DNA of 45,811 nucleotides from Nemertoderma westbladi. Its lineage: Eukaryota; Animalia; Xenacoelomorpha. The translations under genes were made by a program, and so were the position numbers. Under the pieces are notes generated by a model, which was given only the letters and a program-made list of their open reading frames with translations, ran no database searches and was not told where the DNA came from. Positions 30,204-42,035 of the stretch are shown in pieces (the first letter of the stretch is position 1; each line of letters begins with the position of its first letter). The stretch spans positions 1 to 45,811 of the forward strand of contig JAUCBJ010007736.1 of NCBI GenBank assembly GCA_032718475.1, read 5' to 3'.

Positions 30204-31408
30204 AAGTTAGGTCATATCCTCTTGTTCTGCCGATGTTGAAGGCTGCTTGTTCAATTAAACTGTAATTCTAAAACATTAATATTATCTAACAATATTTAGT
30301 ATATACAGTACAGTGTATATATATATATATATATATTTACCTTGCATGAACCATACAAATAGGCCGCTTACTTACAATTTAAATTAAATTTCTACAATTT
30401 AGTCTGTACTGTCAGACTGTATCATGTACAGTACAATGCATGTGCATGTACAGTATGTATGTACAGAATAAAGTAGAATGGCGTTTCTAACACCTCACGT
30501 TCAGGTATCAGTTAATTTTATTTCAATTTTATTGTATACACGTGATTTATTATAAACTACCGTGCAGAGATACGTACACTTAATTTTATCTAGACAAGTC
30601 AATTTTATTATATAATTTTATAATGCCTAACTTAACTGCCGTCCATTAATTTACAGTAATTGCATAGCGATAATAATCACATAGCGACGACCCCCATGGA
30701 AACGAGACGCAGTCTCATGGGGCTATCCTCGAAGACAAATCATTATTATTCAATGTTTTAGAGACCCCGTGCAACTACATGCGTATATCCTATGACCATC
30801 GTATTTTCAGTTCAGTAACATATTAAAATATTTTTTTTTTATAAACATACAGTACAGACATTTCTAACCTATTTTAAATTGGACCATTTTATTTTCAGAA
30901 ACATATTTCAATATTTTATATAAATATACAATACAGTACAGTAGAGATGCTTAATGAACAATTAATATATCTGATTGAAGGTCTTTGTATTGGCTTTGTC
31001 GGTACCTTTGTTGTTCTGTTAACTATTTTATTATGTTATCGTTATTGTTCATATTTTAATTGCGTAAACTTTACCTAATTTGACGTCTAATAAAAAATTC
31101 AAATTCCAATTGGACATAGCTCGATTACTTAAAACAATGTAAAATTATAATTACCTGCAGACCGGTAAGTTGTGATTTATTTATATATTCAGTAGGCCTA
31201 TTGTGCAGTTATGTATTTATAATATATAGAAAAAAAATTAATAAAAAATGGCTGTCAGGAGTTATCTGGCTATCGCTAATCAGTGTTAGACACTTGACAT
31301 TTACAGAGAGTTGGAGTATGCCTTACTTTGGGTGATTAAAAAGGCAGTGATTTTTTATGTCCTTTTATTTGACTTTTTTTGTCCTCATTTTTTTACGAAT
31401 TGTGCATA

Positions 31409-31682
31409 ATGACTTTTGTTGTCCCTTTAATGACTTTTGTTGTCCTTTTAATGACTTTTTATGTATGTATTTCTTCAAACTGTCTGACTGCTGATTTCTG
31501 GACTGTCAGACAGTTAATTTCAACATGCCTATGCCAAAACATTCAAAATTTGTTGATTTCTGGTCTGTCGGACAGTTGATTTCACTATGCCTGTGCCAAA
31601 ACATTCAAAATTCCATGATTTATAGACTATGAGCTAGATTTCCATATGCGCCTATGGTAAAAGACTCTAAATTTAATAGTTT
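31409..31682. repeat. Short tandem repeats: 21-bp x2-3, then about 62-bp x3
   Basis: ATGACTTTTGTTGTCC.TTTA repeats, followed by GATTTCTGG.CTGTC.GACAGTT.ATTTCA..ATGCCT.TGCCAAAACATTCAAAATT. Confidence 0.75.
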
Positions 31683-31750
31683 GTGATTGTTGTCGATAAT
31701 CGATTACCACATGACGTAGCAAAACACTCATTTTATAGCCAACAACTATT

Positions 31751-32346
31751 ACCAATTGATGGAAAGGAGCAGGTTAAGGTCGGATTTTCTAACCAAAACA
31801 ATAAACAGTCACTTTACCAAATGAAGGAAAGGAGCAGGTTACAGAGGCTAGCCTTTCTCACCAAAACAATAAACGGTCACTTTACCAAATCATGGAAAGG
31901 AGCAGGTTACAGAGGCGGGATTTTCTAACCAAAACAATAAACAATCACTTTACCAAATGAAGGAAAGGAGCAGGTTACATAGATGGTCTTTTCTAACCAA
32001 AACAATAAACGATAACATTAATAATTGAGAGAAAGGAACAGGTTACAGAGGCGGGATTTCCTAACCAAAACAATAAACGATCACTTAACTGATTGAGGGA
32101 AAGGAGCAGGTTTACAGAGGCGAGATTTTCTAACCATAACAATAAACAATCACTTAACTAATTGAGGGAAAGGGGCAGGTTACAGAGGCGGGATTTTCTA
32201 ACCAAAACAATAAACAGTCACTTTACAAAATGAAGGAAAGGAGCAGGTTACAGAGGCGGGCCTTTCTAACCAAAACAATAAACGGTCAGTTTACCAAATC
32301 AGGGAAAGGAGCAGGTTACAGAGGCGGGATTTTCTAACCAAAACAA
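31751..32346. repeat. 68-bp minisatellite x9
   Basis: GGAAAGGAGCAGGTTACAGAGGCGGGATTTTCTAACCAAAACAATAAAC at about 31761, 31826, 31894, 31962, 32030, 32098, 32167, 32235 and 32303. Confidence 0.92.
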
Positions 32347-33254
32347 CCGGTCAGCCGTACCGTAGGCCTACCATTACCGTATTTATATGGTAGGCTACAC
32401 AATAGGCCTACAGCAGTACCGGTGCCGGAACCGGTACTAAAATACATGCTTTATACCTACATCTGTACATACAATACAGCAATACTGCAAAATAGTGCTC
32501 TATATACTAATACCGGTACTGATAGCCTGAGAGAACAGCAGTAGAGAAACCGGTAGCATGGAACCTAGCGGTAAATTTCTGGAGGACATAAAAATTCAAA
32601 AAAAAACTAATACCGGTACTGACGTGTGTTGTGTACACTCTACCGGTACTGTACAGCACACACACCCACATAAGACACAATAGGCCCATAGTCAGAGGTG
32701 GTGGCCAGTCTGGCTGTGGGTGCTTAGTCAGTCTGTGTATTCTACTTGCTGTCGTGTCATTACAGTAGGCTTACCTGCTTACAGTACTGCAGTACCGTGT
32801 ACCTTGATTAAGTGCAGCAAAAATAAATAGCAGGGTTTACCAAGATATTGTTTTGAATTTCCCGCCTTAGGTTTATAGTAATATAGTTGATTAAATCCAA
32901 GGCACTAGAGATGCAAAGATGCACCTTTTTTTATAATTAAGGATAGCTTTTACTTATTATTTATTACGTTTATATTTTAGGTTATATTAAAAAATACCGA
33001 ACATGAAAAATATCGCGATTAAAATTATCGTGAGTTAAAATATTGCGAATGAAATAATCTATAATTTTTGGATTGAAACTTTAGCTTCCAACGAAAACAG
33101 TAATTTACTAAAAAAAAATAAATTTTTTTAGGCCTATCTATAGTTTTTTGTAAAAACACTTGATCTATGAATTAAAACGCTAGGTAACTAGTAGGGCCTA
33201 CCATAGAAACTAAAATAAACAAATATTAAAAAAAGATAAAAATTTTTATAGCTT

Positions 33255-33981
33255 TAAATTAATAAGTAATTAAACAGGACTAAGGATGATCCAACTCTAT
33301 AGCAAATGGAGCGGAAAAAATGAATTCGCCACCAGCGGGGATTGAACCCGCTTCTCCCGATAAACGTTCAGGTATGCTAACCACTACACCACGGAGGCTC
33401 CTGCATCTTTCCGATTGATTTGCTATAGGTGGTAAGCTACCTTATGGTTGATATTGAATACAGTCCTCCTTACGGATGGATTTAATCTGTATTCTAATAC
33501 AGTAGCAGTTATGACCTGTACTGCAAACGAATATGTTATTGTATATGTGTTTAACATCCATAGATTGTATAAATTAATAAGTAATTAAACAGGACTAAGG
33601 ATGATCCAACTCTTATAGCAAATGGAGCGGAAAAAATGAATTCGCCACCAGCGGGGTTTGAACCCGCTTCTCCCGATAAACGTTCAGGTATGCTAACCAC
33701 TACACCACGGAGGCTCCTGCATCTTTCCGATTGATTTGCTATAGGTGGTAAGCTACCTTACGGTTGCTATTGAATACAGTCCTCCTTACGGATGGATTTA
33801 ATCTGTATTCTAATACAGTAGCAGTTATGACCTGTACTGCAAGTTACAGGTCATAACTGCTACTATATTAGAATACAGGAGCCTCCGTGGTGTAGTGGTT
33901 AGCATACCTGAACGTTTATCGGGAGACGCGGGTTCAATCCCCGCTGGTGGCGAATTCATTTTTCCGCTCCATTTGCTATAG
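33255..33981. mobile_element. tRNA-derived SINE-like repeat: two tandem units (about 315-bp period, minus) plus one inverted, internally deleted unit (plus)
   Basis: tRNA-like heads at 33327-33398 (-), 33643-33714 (-) and 33881-33952 (+), each with A box GTGGTGTAGTGG and B box GGTTCAA(T/A)CC. Confidence 0.8.
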
Positions 33982-33992
33982 GTTAGGTTTGG

Positions 33993-35310
33993 TTAAGTTT
34001 GGTTAGGGTTGTCTACTACGGTACTATTAATTTCTTCTAACGTATTATTATTACCCCCCCCCCCCCCCCCGCCCGTACGGCTACACCAGTTCTGGTTCTG
34101 TCGTCCGGTCCCTGTAAGTGGGGTATTAACAAACGTTTCCATTACTTCGGGCTCCCCATAAATACTACCCGAACCGGCCTCACTCTCTGATAATCCCAAC
34201 TGCGCCAGTTCTAGTCGGCGCTTCTGCTTGGCCTGATATTGCATAAGCCCCCTCAACCGGGCATGCATATCATCCCGCACACGCTTTCCCGTTCTCTCTC
34301 TCTCTCTATCCTCTCGCAAACTCTGGTCGGCCAACTCTGCCTCTCTCGCAATCCTCTCAAGCCTCCTCGCATCACGCTCTTTACATTCCCTTAGTTCCTT
34401 CTCCTCAGCCTCTCTAAAGTTCCTCGCGACCCTCTCAGCCCTCTCTTTATTCTCTCTCACCAACTCTCTCTCTTTCTCTAACAACGCAGTTCCCTCATCC
34501 AACTGCCTCTCTAATTCTTTCTGGTCTAGCGCCACCATGTATAGTTGACACGCCAGATCTATCTCTAACACCCTTCTTGCTTTTGCGGAGGATGTAGCGG
34601 ACTTATCGGTCGCGACGGACTCCCGTCGCCTCTCTGTCCTACTAACTTTCCCCCACTTTCTGGGGTTCTCGCTAACCGACGAGACCGAGTTAACCTCGGG
34701 TTCGCCCTTGTGCGGATCCGCCCAACCCACTAACTTAATTCCCATGGCATCCACTAAATACGGCCCTACCTACACTATTTCAGGCTCCATAACCCCGGAT
34801 TGCCACAGTTCGAATAGTTCGGTGGCGACCCCCCTCGCTCTCTCACTCGCCAGTTCTCCCTGCCCAAAACGAACTAGATACCGAAAGTGTTTATTCGACT
34901 CACCTAGCTGCTGGCTCAACTTTCCCTGGTTTACCTTCTCTCCCTCTTTGGCCTCCTTCAACAGTTTCTTAGTGGCGTTGTAGGCCCGTCGAAGCCGATC
35001 GCTGGTCCCGACGTCCTCCTTGCCGACATCTCCTCCTCCTCTCCTGGTTCGGCGTCGTACCGTCGCCGTTCCGGTGGGCCGTCTGTTGCCCTCGGCCTGT
35101 GGCTGGCCGGCGACTTCGGTACTCCGACCGCCGTCGTGCGTGGACTCGTCCCTTCCTCGTGGTAGACGGCCGCCCTCCGCTTGGGCTACCGGATCGTCCC
35201 TCATCGGCGAATCCGGCGTCGCAGGTCGATACCGACTTGTCACGGCCTTGCGGATCATTTGGTTGGTGTCATCCGGGGTCCGCGGCAGCGTCCTCTCTCC
35301 CTCTGGATCT
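33993..35310 (-). pseudogene. Accessory ORF of element 3: Arg/Glu-rich coiled-coil protein with one in-frame TAG at 34772-34770
   Basis: ORFs 34770-35258 and 33993-34754 are in the same frame (EPEIV*VGPYLVDAMG). The frame is open up to a branch/acceptor-like TACTAAAC...TATAG near 35313-35330. Confidence 0.55.
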
Positions 35311-36149
35311 ACTATAGTTTTAGTTTAGTAATAGTTTTACTGTGACGGGATCAAGGGATCCCGACCGGGTTAGGTTTTTATGCGTCACAGCATGCTGATG
35401 GGTGGATGTGGAAAAGGTTTGAGTTTGATGTTCAACTGAGTATAATATAAAGGTAGTGATAGCAAATTGGATAAGTGTACAGAACGGTAGCAAGATAATA
35501 AATCAGTGTATGGCAGCACCGCAATGATGGTAAAACTAAAATGCCGGTCTGCACTGTAACTGACAACTGAATAAACTGGACCAGTAACGGCATAATATAT
35601 GTATAATTACTGTGGCCTTTCACCTAGTGGATGCTCTCCCTTGCCCATATTGGCTAATAATCTACTTCACGCCTCTCCACTCTCTGGGAGTGTTTCCCCC
35701 CCTGTTGGCCCCTGCTGGCTGTTTCCCCTTCCGAGGTGGTTTGACCTCTAACCTCCTTTTGTGTGGCTTTGGGGTTTGTGTTGTCCCCGGATATTGGTTG
35801 TGATACGAGATTAGTTATTGCTAATCTCGTATCTCCAACATATTGCTGAAAAAGGTGCCACTTCCCATTTGTGAGGGTAATGGAGCGGAATTGAATCCGC
35901 TCACACTCCCCCCCATGCTATCTTCCCGGTGAGAAGATAGCATCATCTATAAGTGCGCTTCAATTCCGCTGGAGCCCGATCTACTATCAGGTGTGGGGTG
36001 GAGTTCTTTTCTTGGAGTCGGCTTTCCAGGCCGCTCCCTCTGGGTATGATATTACTACCCCTTCTTGGTGCAACCGCAACCTATGTTGCACCAAGACATC
36101 TGATGTCTCCGTTTGAGACAATTGTGGACTCGTCACACAATTTTAAAAA

Positions 36150-36900
36150 CTCTCACTCAAACTCACTCTAACTCCACTTCAGCTCCACTCTAACTCCACT
36201 CTACTCTATCTAACTTCACTCTGCTCCCTTTAACTCCACTCTGAATTCCACTCGTCTACATTCTCACCCGCCAACACCTCCTCTCCATACTTCTCTCGGG
36301 ACTGCTCTCATACTCCTCTGTTCTCTACCACTCCCAAAGGTGCTAAATTTCTTATGCTACTATACTGTGCTATCATTCTATCTACCTTGCTACTTACTTC
36401 TTACTTACTGCTTACTATGTAACTCTCTTACTACTAATTCTAACTTACTTCTTACTTACTACTTACTATGTAACTCTCTTACTACTAACTCTATTAACTC
36501 TACTAACTTTCCAACTCTCTACTAACTCTCTAACTCTACTAACTCTCCAACTCTACTTACTCCCTAACCCTCTAACTCTCTAACTACGTGGTGCTTTCGG
36601 TGCCCACAACCCCTCTACTCTCTTTCTACGTGGCGCTTTCGGTGCCCACAACCCCTCTGCTACTACTCGTGGTATGTCAATATACCAAACTCCCTATACC
36701 TGCCTACTTCTAACTCTCCTCTTACTCTTACTAACTTCGACTAACTTTCTTACTACTACTTCTTACTAACTTCTACTAACTTTCTTACTTCTACTTACAA
36801 TCTAACTTCTACTAACTTTCTTACTTACTTACTATCTAACTTCTACTAACTATTACTTTCTAACTTTCTACTTATTTTATTATTTTGTTATTTTATTATT
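36150..36900. repeat. Strand-biased CTAACT/TTACT low-complexity tandem repeats 3' of the element 3 ORF
   Basis: G-depleted plus strand with multiple short duplications, e.g. CTACGTGG.GCTTTCGGTGCCCACAACCCCTCT x2. Confidence 0.8.
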
Positions 36901-38547
36901 TTATTATTTTTATTATATTTGTGTAGGAAGGGCGTCTTGCCCTCATTCCCACCCCCCTCAGTCCAACATTTGGACGACTAAACTCTAAGGTGCCCCTTCT
37001 ATTAGGCAGCACTTTCCTACAGCCCTCCTGTAGGTCTTCCTCTCCTTTGCTCCCATCTTGCCTCCTATTCTCACCCCCACCGACTGGACTCTTCCGTCCT
37101 CGTCGGGGTATGTATCTACCACTCTCGCTAGCCTCCTCCACCACCCTAAAATCCGGTCTTTCCGCCGCCTTCTTGACTTCCTCATCTCCTGGCAGCAAAA
37201 TGCCACCCCCCACCTTGTCGTCTCCCGGTGGCAGAATGAAAAGAAACCGAAAGAACAGACAAAACAGAATGGACAATAGTAATCCTATCCCTTTCCACCC
37301 TGTCTTCTTGTTTGACCTTCCCCTTCTCGGTATGCCTCTCAACCGGACTGGCGTCTCCTCCGGACACTCCTCCGGACACTCCTCCGGGCACTCCTCCGGA
37401 CATCTCGCCATCCACTCTTCCCCATCCTCATACCGATAGTTGCTGGGAACATCCTTGTTCCATCCCATCGTCTCTAAGTCTTCCGCGTCGAATCCATTCT
37501 CCTCCGCCCACTCTCTTGCTGTTGCTTCCCCTCCTAACTGATCTACTGATGGTAGTTTCCTGGAACTATCCTCTATCTTTTCAACATGCCCCACTATGCG
37601 TGGTTCCAGATCTATACACAACTCCTGGTATCTTCCCCCGGGCCGCTTCTCACATGGGCCCTCCCCATCGCCCGTCTCTGGTTTCTTCTCTACGTCCTCA
37701 ACGGTGCCTGGTAGCATGCACCCTGATGTCTCCGACACCCTGGATGGAACCTTGGTTTTAATTGGGCCGCTAAGCGTCCATCCAAACGGCGTGAGAATCG
37801 CCGTCGGATCCCGCTGCTTATTCTCTCCAAAGACTGTTCTTACTCTCTCGTGGGCCATCGGGCAAACCATTCCCACTATGATGGATACCTTCCTGACGTC
37901 CACCTCCGGTATCGAGAAATCGATGTCATCTAGGAATCTATACTGCTCGACCTCGATGTTAGTTGGTCGCCTGGCGTTTATATTGATCGATTCTATAATC
38001 TGTATGGGGTTGATGGTCGCCCCATAGTCACATCCTGGTGCTATTGCTGATATCTTGCACCGTCCCATCCTCATCTCCAGGACCTCATCTTTACTCGAGA
38101 TAGTAGTTACCGCCATCCTACTTGGCCTCGTCTGTAACCCTATCTCCTCGGCCACCCAGTTCTCCACCAGCGTGAAGCCTGCTCCGCTGTCGACCAGCAT
38201 CAATGTTGTGACTGATCGGCCGCCCCTTCCTGTTATCTTCACTGGTACTACCCCGAGTAGTACTTTCCTCTTTCTTCTTGCCCCTGTCGTGCTCGTAGCT
38301 ATTGTTTGGCCTCCAATCTCATCGTCTCCTATCGCTGTTTCTCTACACTCTCCGAGTCTGTGTCCTTCTACCACACAACGATGACATAGTCCGTTTGCGT
38401 CTGCATAGGCTACACGATCTTGTTTAGGCAACGCTTGCCAATGCTTACAACTCATGGTCTTATGGGTTTCATCCCTATGTAATTGACATTCGAATCCTGG
38501 ATTGTAGCGTTCCCTGTAAAGTCCTTCATGTATCGCGCGTAGGTTTA
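36896..38547 (-). mobile_element. Element 3: BEL/Pao-like gag-protease ORF lacking RT/RH/IN core, cut at its 5' side by element 2
   Basis: The frame is open from the junction: CQLH...H...C and CHRC...GH...C knuckles, LVDSGA protease, AILTPFGWTLSGP. An integrase C-terminal (DUF5641-type) motif, LARVVDTYPDEDGRVQSV...RRAVGKCCLIE, lies in another frame (36985-37206). Confidence 0.8.
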
Positions 38548-39796
38548 TGTAAAAGCTTCTGTGGGATATAACTGGCCCTTTTGCTTCGCAATCCAGTTTC
38601 CCCCCTAGGCGCTGGAATACTCTAAAAGGCTCTATAACTATATATATATTCCCCTCGCCCGCAAGGTACCGTTATAGGTGTTTTAACGGACATAAAAGTC
38701 ATTCTGCTATATACGTGTTTTGGCGGACATGGTAAGGCAAAAAACCTGCAATGCACCAAATACCTTTACACAGCTTAGCCTTGATGATTCAGATTACGAC
38801 ATCTAACAGCTGGTTGGTGGTTGCTGACATGGGAACAGCCATTGGACGCATGGTTCTTTGTTTAGCTTAAGCCAATCAGAGCGATTTTTTCTGTCAATGT
38901 GGAGATATTCGGCCGATCATACTAGGAGTGTTCAGTCTTACTGTTTTTTGTGATACTTTGTGTTGTTTGTATCTAGGCCAGGAACACCGGCTCTAGAGTC
39001 AACTCGTTTTTCATACTTTAGAAGAAACATTAGTAGGCTTAAATTATAGAGCGTATAACTGTTATCGGTCCATATCAGCCCAGTTCATATCATAACTTAA
39101 CATACCGTCTTAATGCTGTTTACTGTTGTGTTTTGGTTGAATATTATTTGGAGAACATATATAAAGAACCCAAATTTCCCAATTTTCTTGATACACTACA
39201 GGTTAGAGAGACGGGTTATATACAGCGATTGCGACTTATATTATTGTGGTTTGTAGTGAATTTAATGCTATTTGATAAGCACTACATGAATCCGTTGCTG
39301 TTTTCTTTATATATGATAAAATTCATTGACGGTCGGCAAATTAGTGAGCAGTATTGTGTGTTACCGGTAGCGTGCATGATTGTGACTGATAACTAAGCAT
39401 TTCCTAAAGAATGCGCCTCATACGTGAATCATAAGCCTTACCGACTTACCGTTGTGATTAGTATAAGTCATATCTCTGTTTACTTAGATAGAGCGCCACG
39501 TCCTAAAGGAACTGTTAATATTTCCCGAAAGTGAATAATATTGGTCAGAAATTATTTATTAACGATCAATCGAATAATACAATACAGTAAGCTTACACTG
39601 CAATAATAATCTAAGCCCTCAGAATCCAGTCTCCCGGGTATATCCAGCGGGTGAATGGACGCGCACTAGGCTGGCTTCTGCTAATGTTGTGTTTATTGGT
39701 ATTAAATATTTGTCATCTTCTAAAGTCTATTTATAAACCAAAAGACATATAAATTTTGGCAGGTTAAACTGCTAAAGGTCTTCAAAAGCGCGTACA
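38548..39796 (+). repeat. 5' LTR of element 2 (about 1249 bp)
   Basis: Starts TGTAAAAGCTTCTGTGGGATA and ends AAAGCGCGTACA, matching the element 1 LTR termini. The 3' ~700 bp align with element 1. Confidence 0.85.
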
Positions 39797-39807
39797 ATAA
39801 CAGTTAT
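39797..39807 (+). other. Non-tRNA primer-binding site (putative self-priming PBS) of element 2
   Basis: ATAACAGTTAT abuts the LTR end and is the exact complement of ATAACTGTTAT at 39055-39065. Confidence 0.75.
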
Positions 39808-39862
39808 TGACTTTATTGCAGTAAGCAATAAAGTTGAAAGTACCGGTCAACCGGTAAACCTG

Positions 39863-39988
39863 AACCGGTACTTCTGTAGGTCAGTAGGCCCAACTGCCAG
39901 AACCGGTACTGCTGTAGGTCCGTAGGTCCAACTGTCAGAACCGGTACTTCTGTAGGTCCGTAGGCCCAACTGTCCTAACCGGTACTTC
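39863..39988 (+). repeat. 38-bp tandem repeat x3.3 in the element 2 leader
   Basis: AACCGGTACT.CTGTAGGTC.GTAGG.CCAACTG at 39863, 39901, 39939 and, partially, 39977. Confidence 0.88.
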
Positions 39989-40164
39989 CCGTATAAGTAC
40001 ATTAGTATTATTCGATTTTGATTATTGTATACCGGTAGGTCTCGATATTAAATCGGGGACGCCTGGTTTTTATTGGGATTTTACTTAGGTCTATTTCTGT
40101 CAGTTTTATTTCCTAGTAAGTTAATATTGAGCTGAAGACGTGTAAGTCTGCTCAGATTGTTCAG

Positions 40165-40730
40165 ATAATTGTAGGCCGGACTGTTGTCGGATTGTTGTTG
40201 GGTTTGGAGAGATTACGGCGTGTGTAGAGTTTGTCCGATAGAGTGCCAGTTAGTAAGTTGGGGCAGCCATAGCTGTAAGGTCAATCCCCTCTTAAAGAAT
40301 AAGTCGTACTACCGTGTTAGAACGCATACTAACTAACCATTTTGGAATCTGCACATACTGTAGTTTATTTAGGCTTGACAGTATTCTGCCAACGTTTTGG
40401 CCTGTGTTTGTTTATGTGGTCTGTTCAGGTACCGTAATAGTTATTACTCAGATATTTTGTAGGCTGGATTGTTGTCTAGCTATTATTAGGTCTGAAGAGA
40501 TTGCTGCGTGTGTAGAGTTTGTCTGATAAAGTGCCAGTTAGTAAGTTGGGGCAGCCAAAGCTGTAAGGTCAATCCCCTCTTAAAGAATAAGTCGTACTAC
40601 CGTGTTAGAACGCATACTAACTAACCATTTCGGAATCTACACGTACGGTAGTTTATTTAGGCTTGGTGGTAGTCTGCCAGCGTTTGGTTTGTATTTGTTT
40701 GAGTATTCTGTACGGGTAGCGTAATATTTA
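40165..40730 (+). repeat. 288-bp tandem duplication in the element 2 leader
   Basis: GTGTGTAGAGTTTGTC at 40220 and 40508. Confidence 0.9.
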
Positions 40731-42035
40731 TTGTTCAGAGTTTATGCGATTATTCGCAACATTCATGTCCCCAAGTTTATTCCTACAGTAATTGTGTTTG
40801 TTACACATACCGTTATAGTTAAATTAACCCCGGTACTACACGGGCTGCTTGGCGTAGGACAAGACTGGTGACTTTGTGCTTCGGTCACTCCAGCAGATGC
40901 CGTGGTTCTTTTAACTGTTCAAGTATATTTAACTACTGATTATTTGTTGTACCAGTGCTTGTACCTAATTTAGGGTTTAGTGTACAGTGCTTTCCGAAAG
41001 TAATTAGTGTGTAGGCAGTATATTTGTGTTGTAAAGTGGTTAATAGGCACGCTGGATCTGGTAGTCCGCGGTAATTAACTTCTAGGTAGGAACACTCCGT
41101 GATACATAACGTAGTACCTATAGCGATACGGTTATAGGTCGTCAGGCGGTGGTATTTTCCTATCTGGACAGTGCAATATATTTACTACTACTTATTATTT
41201 TCAAATACCGTAGTACCCTGTCCTTTGTAATAACCAGAAATCTAACCCTTTGTTAGGCTGGTTTGTAGACTTCCTGTAAAATTACCCTAAAAATTCGTAC
41301 GTAATATTTTTGTTGTGTTTAATTAGAGATTTAATCTCACCCGTATCGTAAGTAATTTGTAGTATTAAGTAACTTAGGTAAATTAGAATTATCTGTTTTA
41401 GTGTCCCATAAGTAGCACTCCACTGAGAGCGCACAGCTTCTGTGTAGTGACTTCCCCCAGAAATAATAACATTTATTTCAAATATTGACAAAAAAACCCA
41501 TTTTAAACGGGTATATATCTATTATAAATCAACTCAAAAGATTTATAAATAGTAGGCCTGCCATACAACAACTAGGTCTCAATATCAGTTGGACTACTGC
41601 TTAAATAGCGGTAATAAAGTAAGTTAAAGTAACCAAGTAACCCTAAAATATTCAGAAATTCAATTATTCTAAAATAATTGACATACCGGTATTTACCATA
41701 GGCTTATTATATTTATTTCTATAAATTTGTGCTGAAAGCATACCGGTATTCTGTAATTAATTCTAGTTCATAATTATACTTATATATACTATAAGTGTAA
41801 GCTGTATACCGGTATTCACGATAGGCCTATTATATATTTATATATATTTGTGCTAAATTTATATACCGGTACTCTGTGACAAAACTAGTTTACAATATTT
41901 ATATATATTATAAGTGCATACCGGTATTCTAATATACTGCAATAAATTACCGGTACTAGGCCAACGGTCATACTGAATTACTAGACTTGCTTTAACTGTA
42001 ACTATAGCAGTAAGCATTCAACTGTATAGCTAAAC

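Noticed and set aside
31751-32346. 68-bp periodic repeat as a CRISPR-like array
   Set aside because: The variable parts are mutated versions of one another, not unique spacers.
33327-33952. Three functional tRNA genes
   Set aside because: The acceptor stem is mismatched, the anticodon loop (ACGTTTA) lacks the conserved U33, and the copies are embedded in a larger repeated unit. Better read as SINE-like heads.
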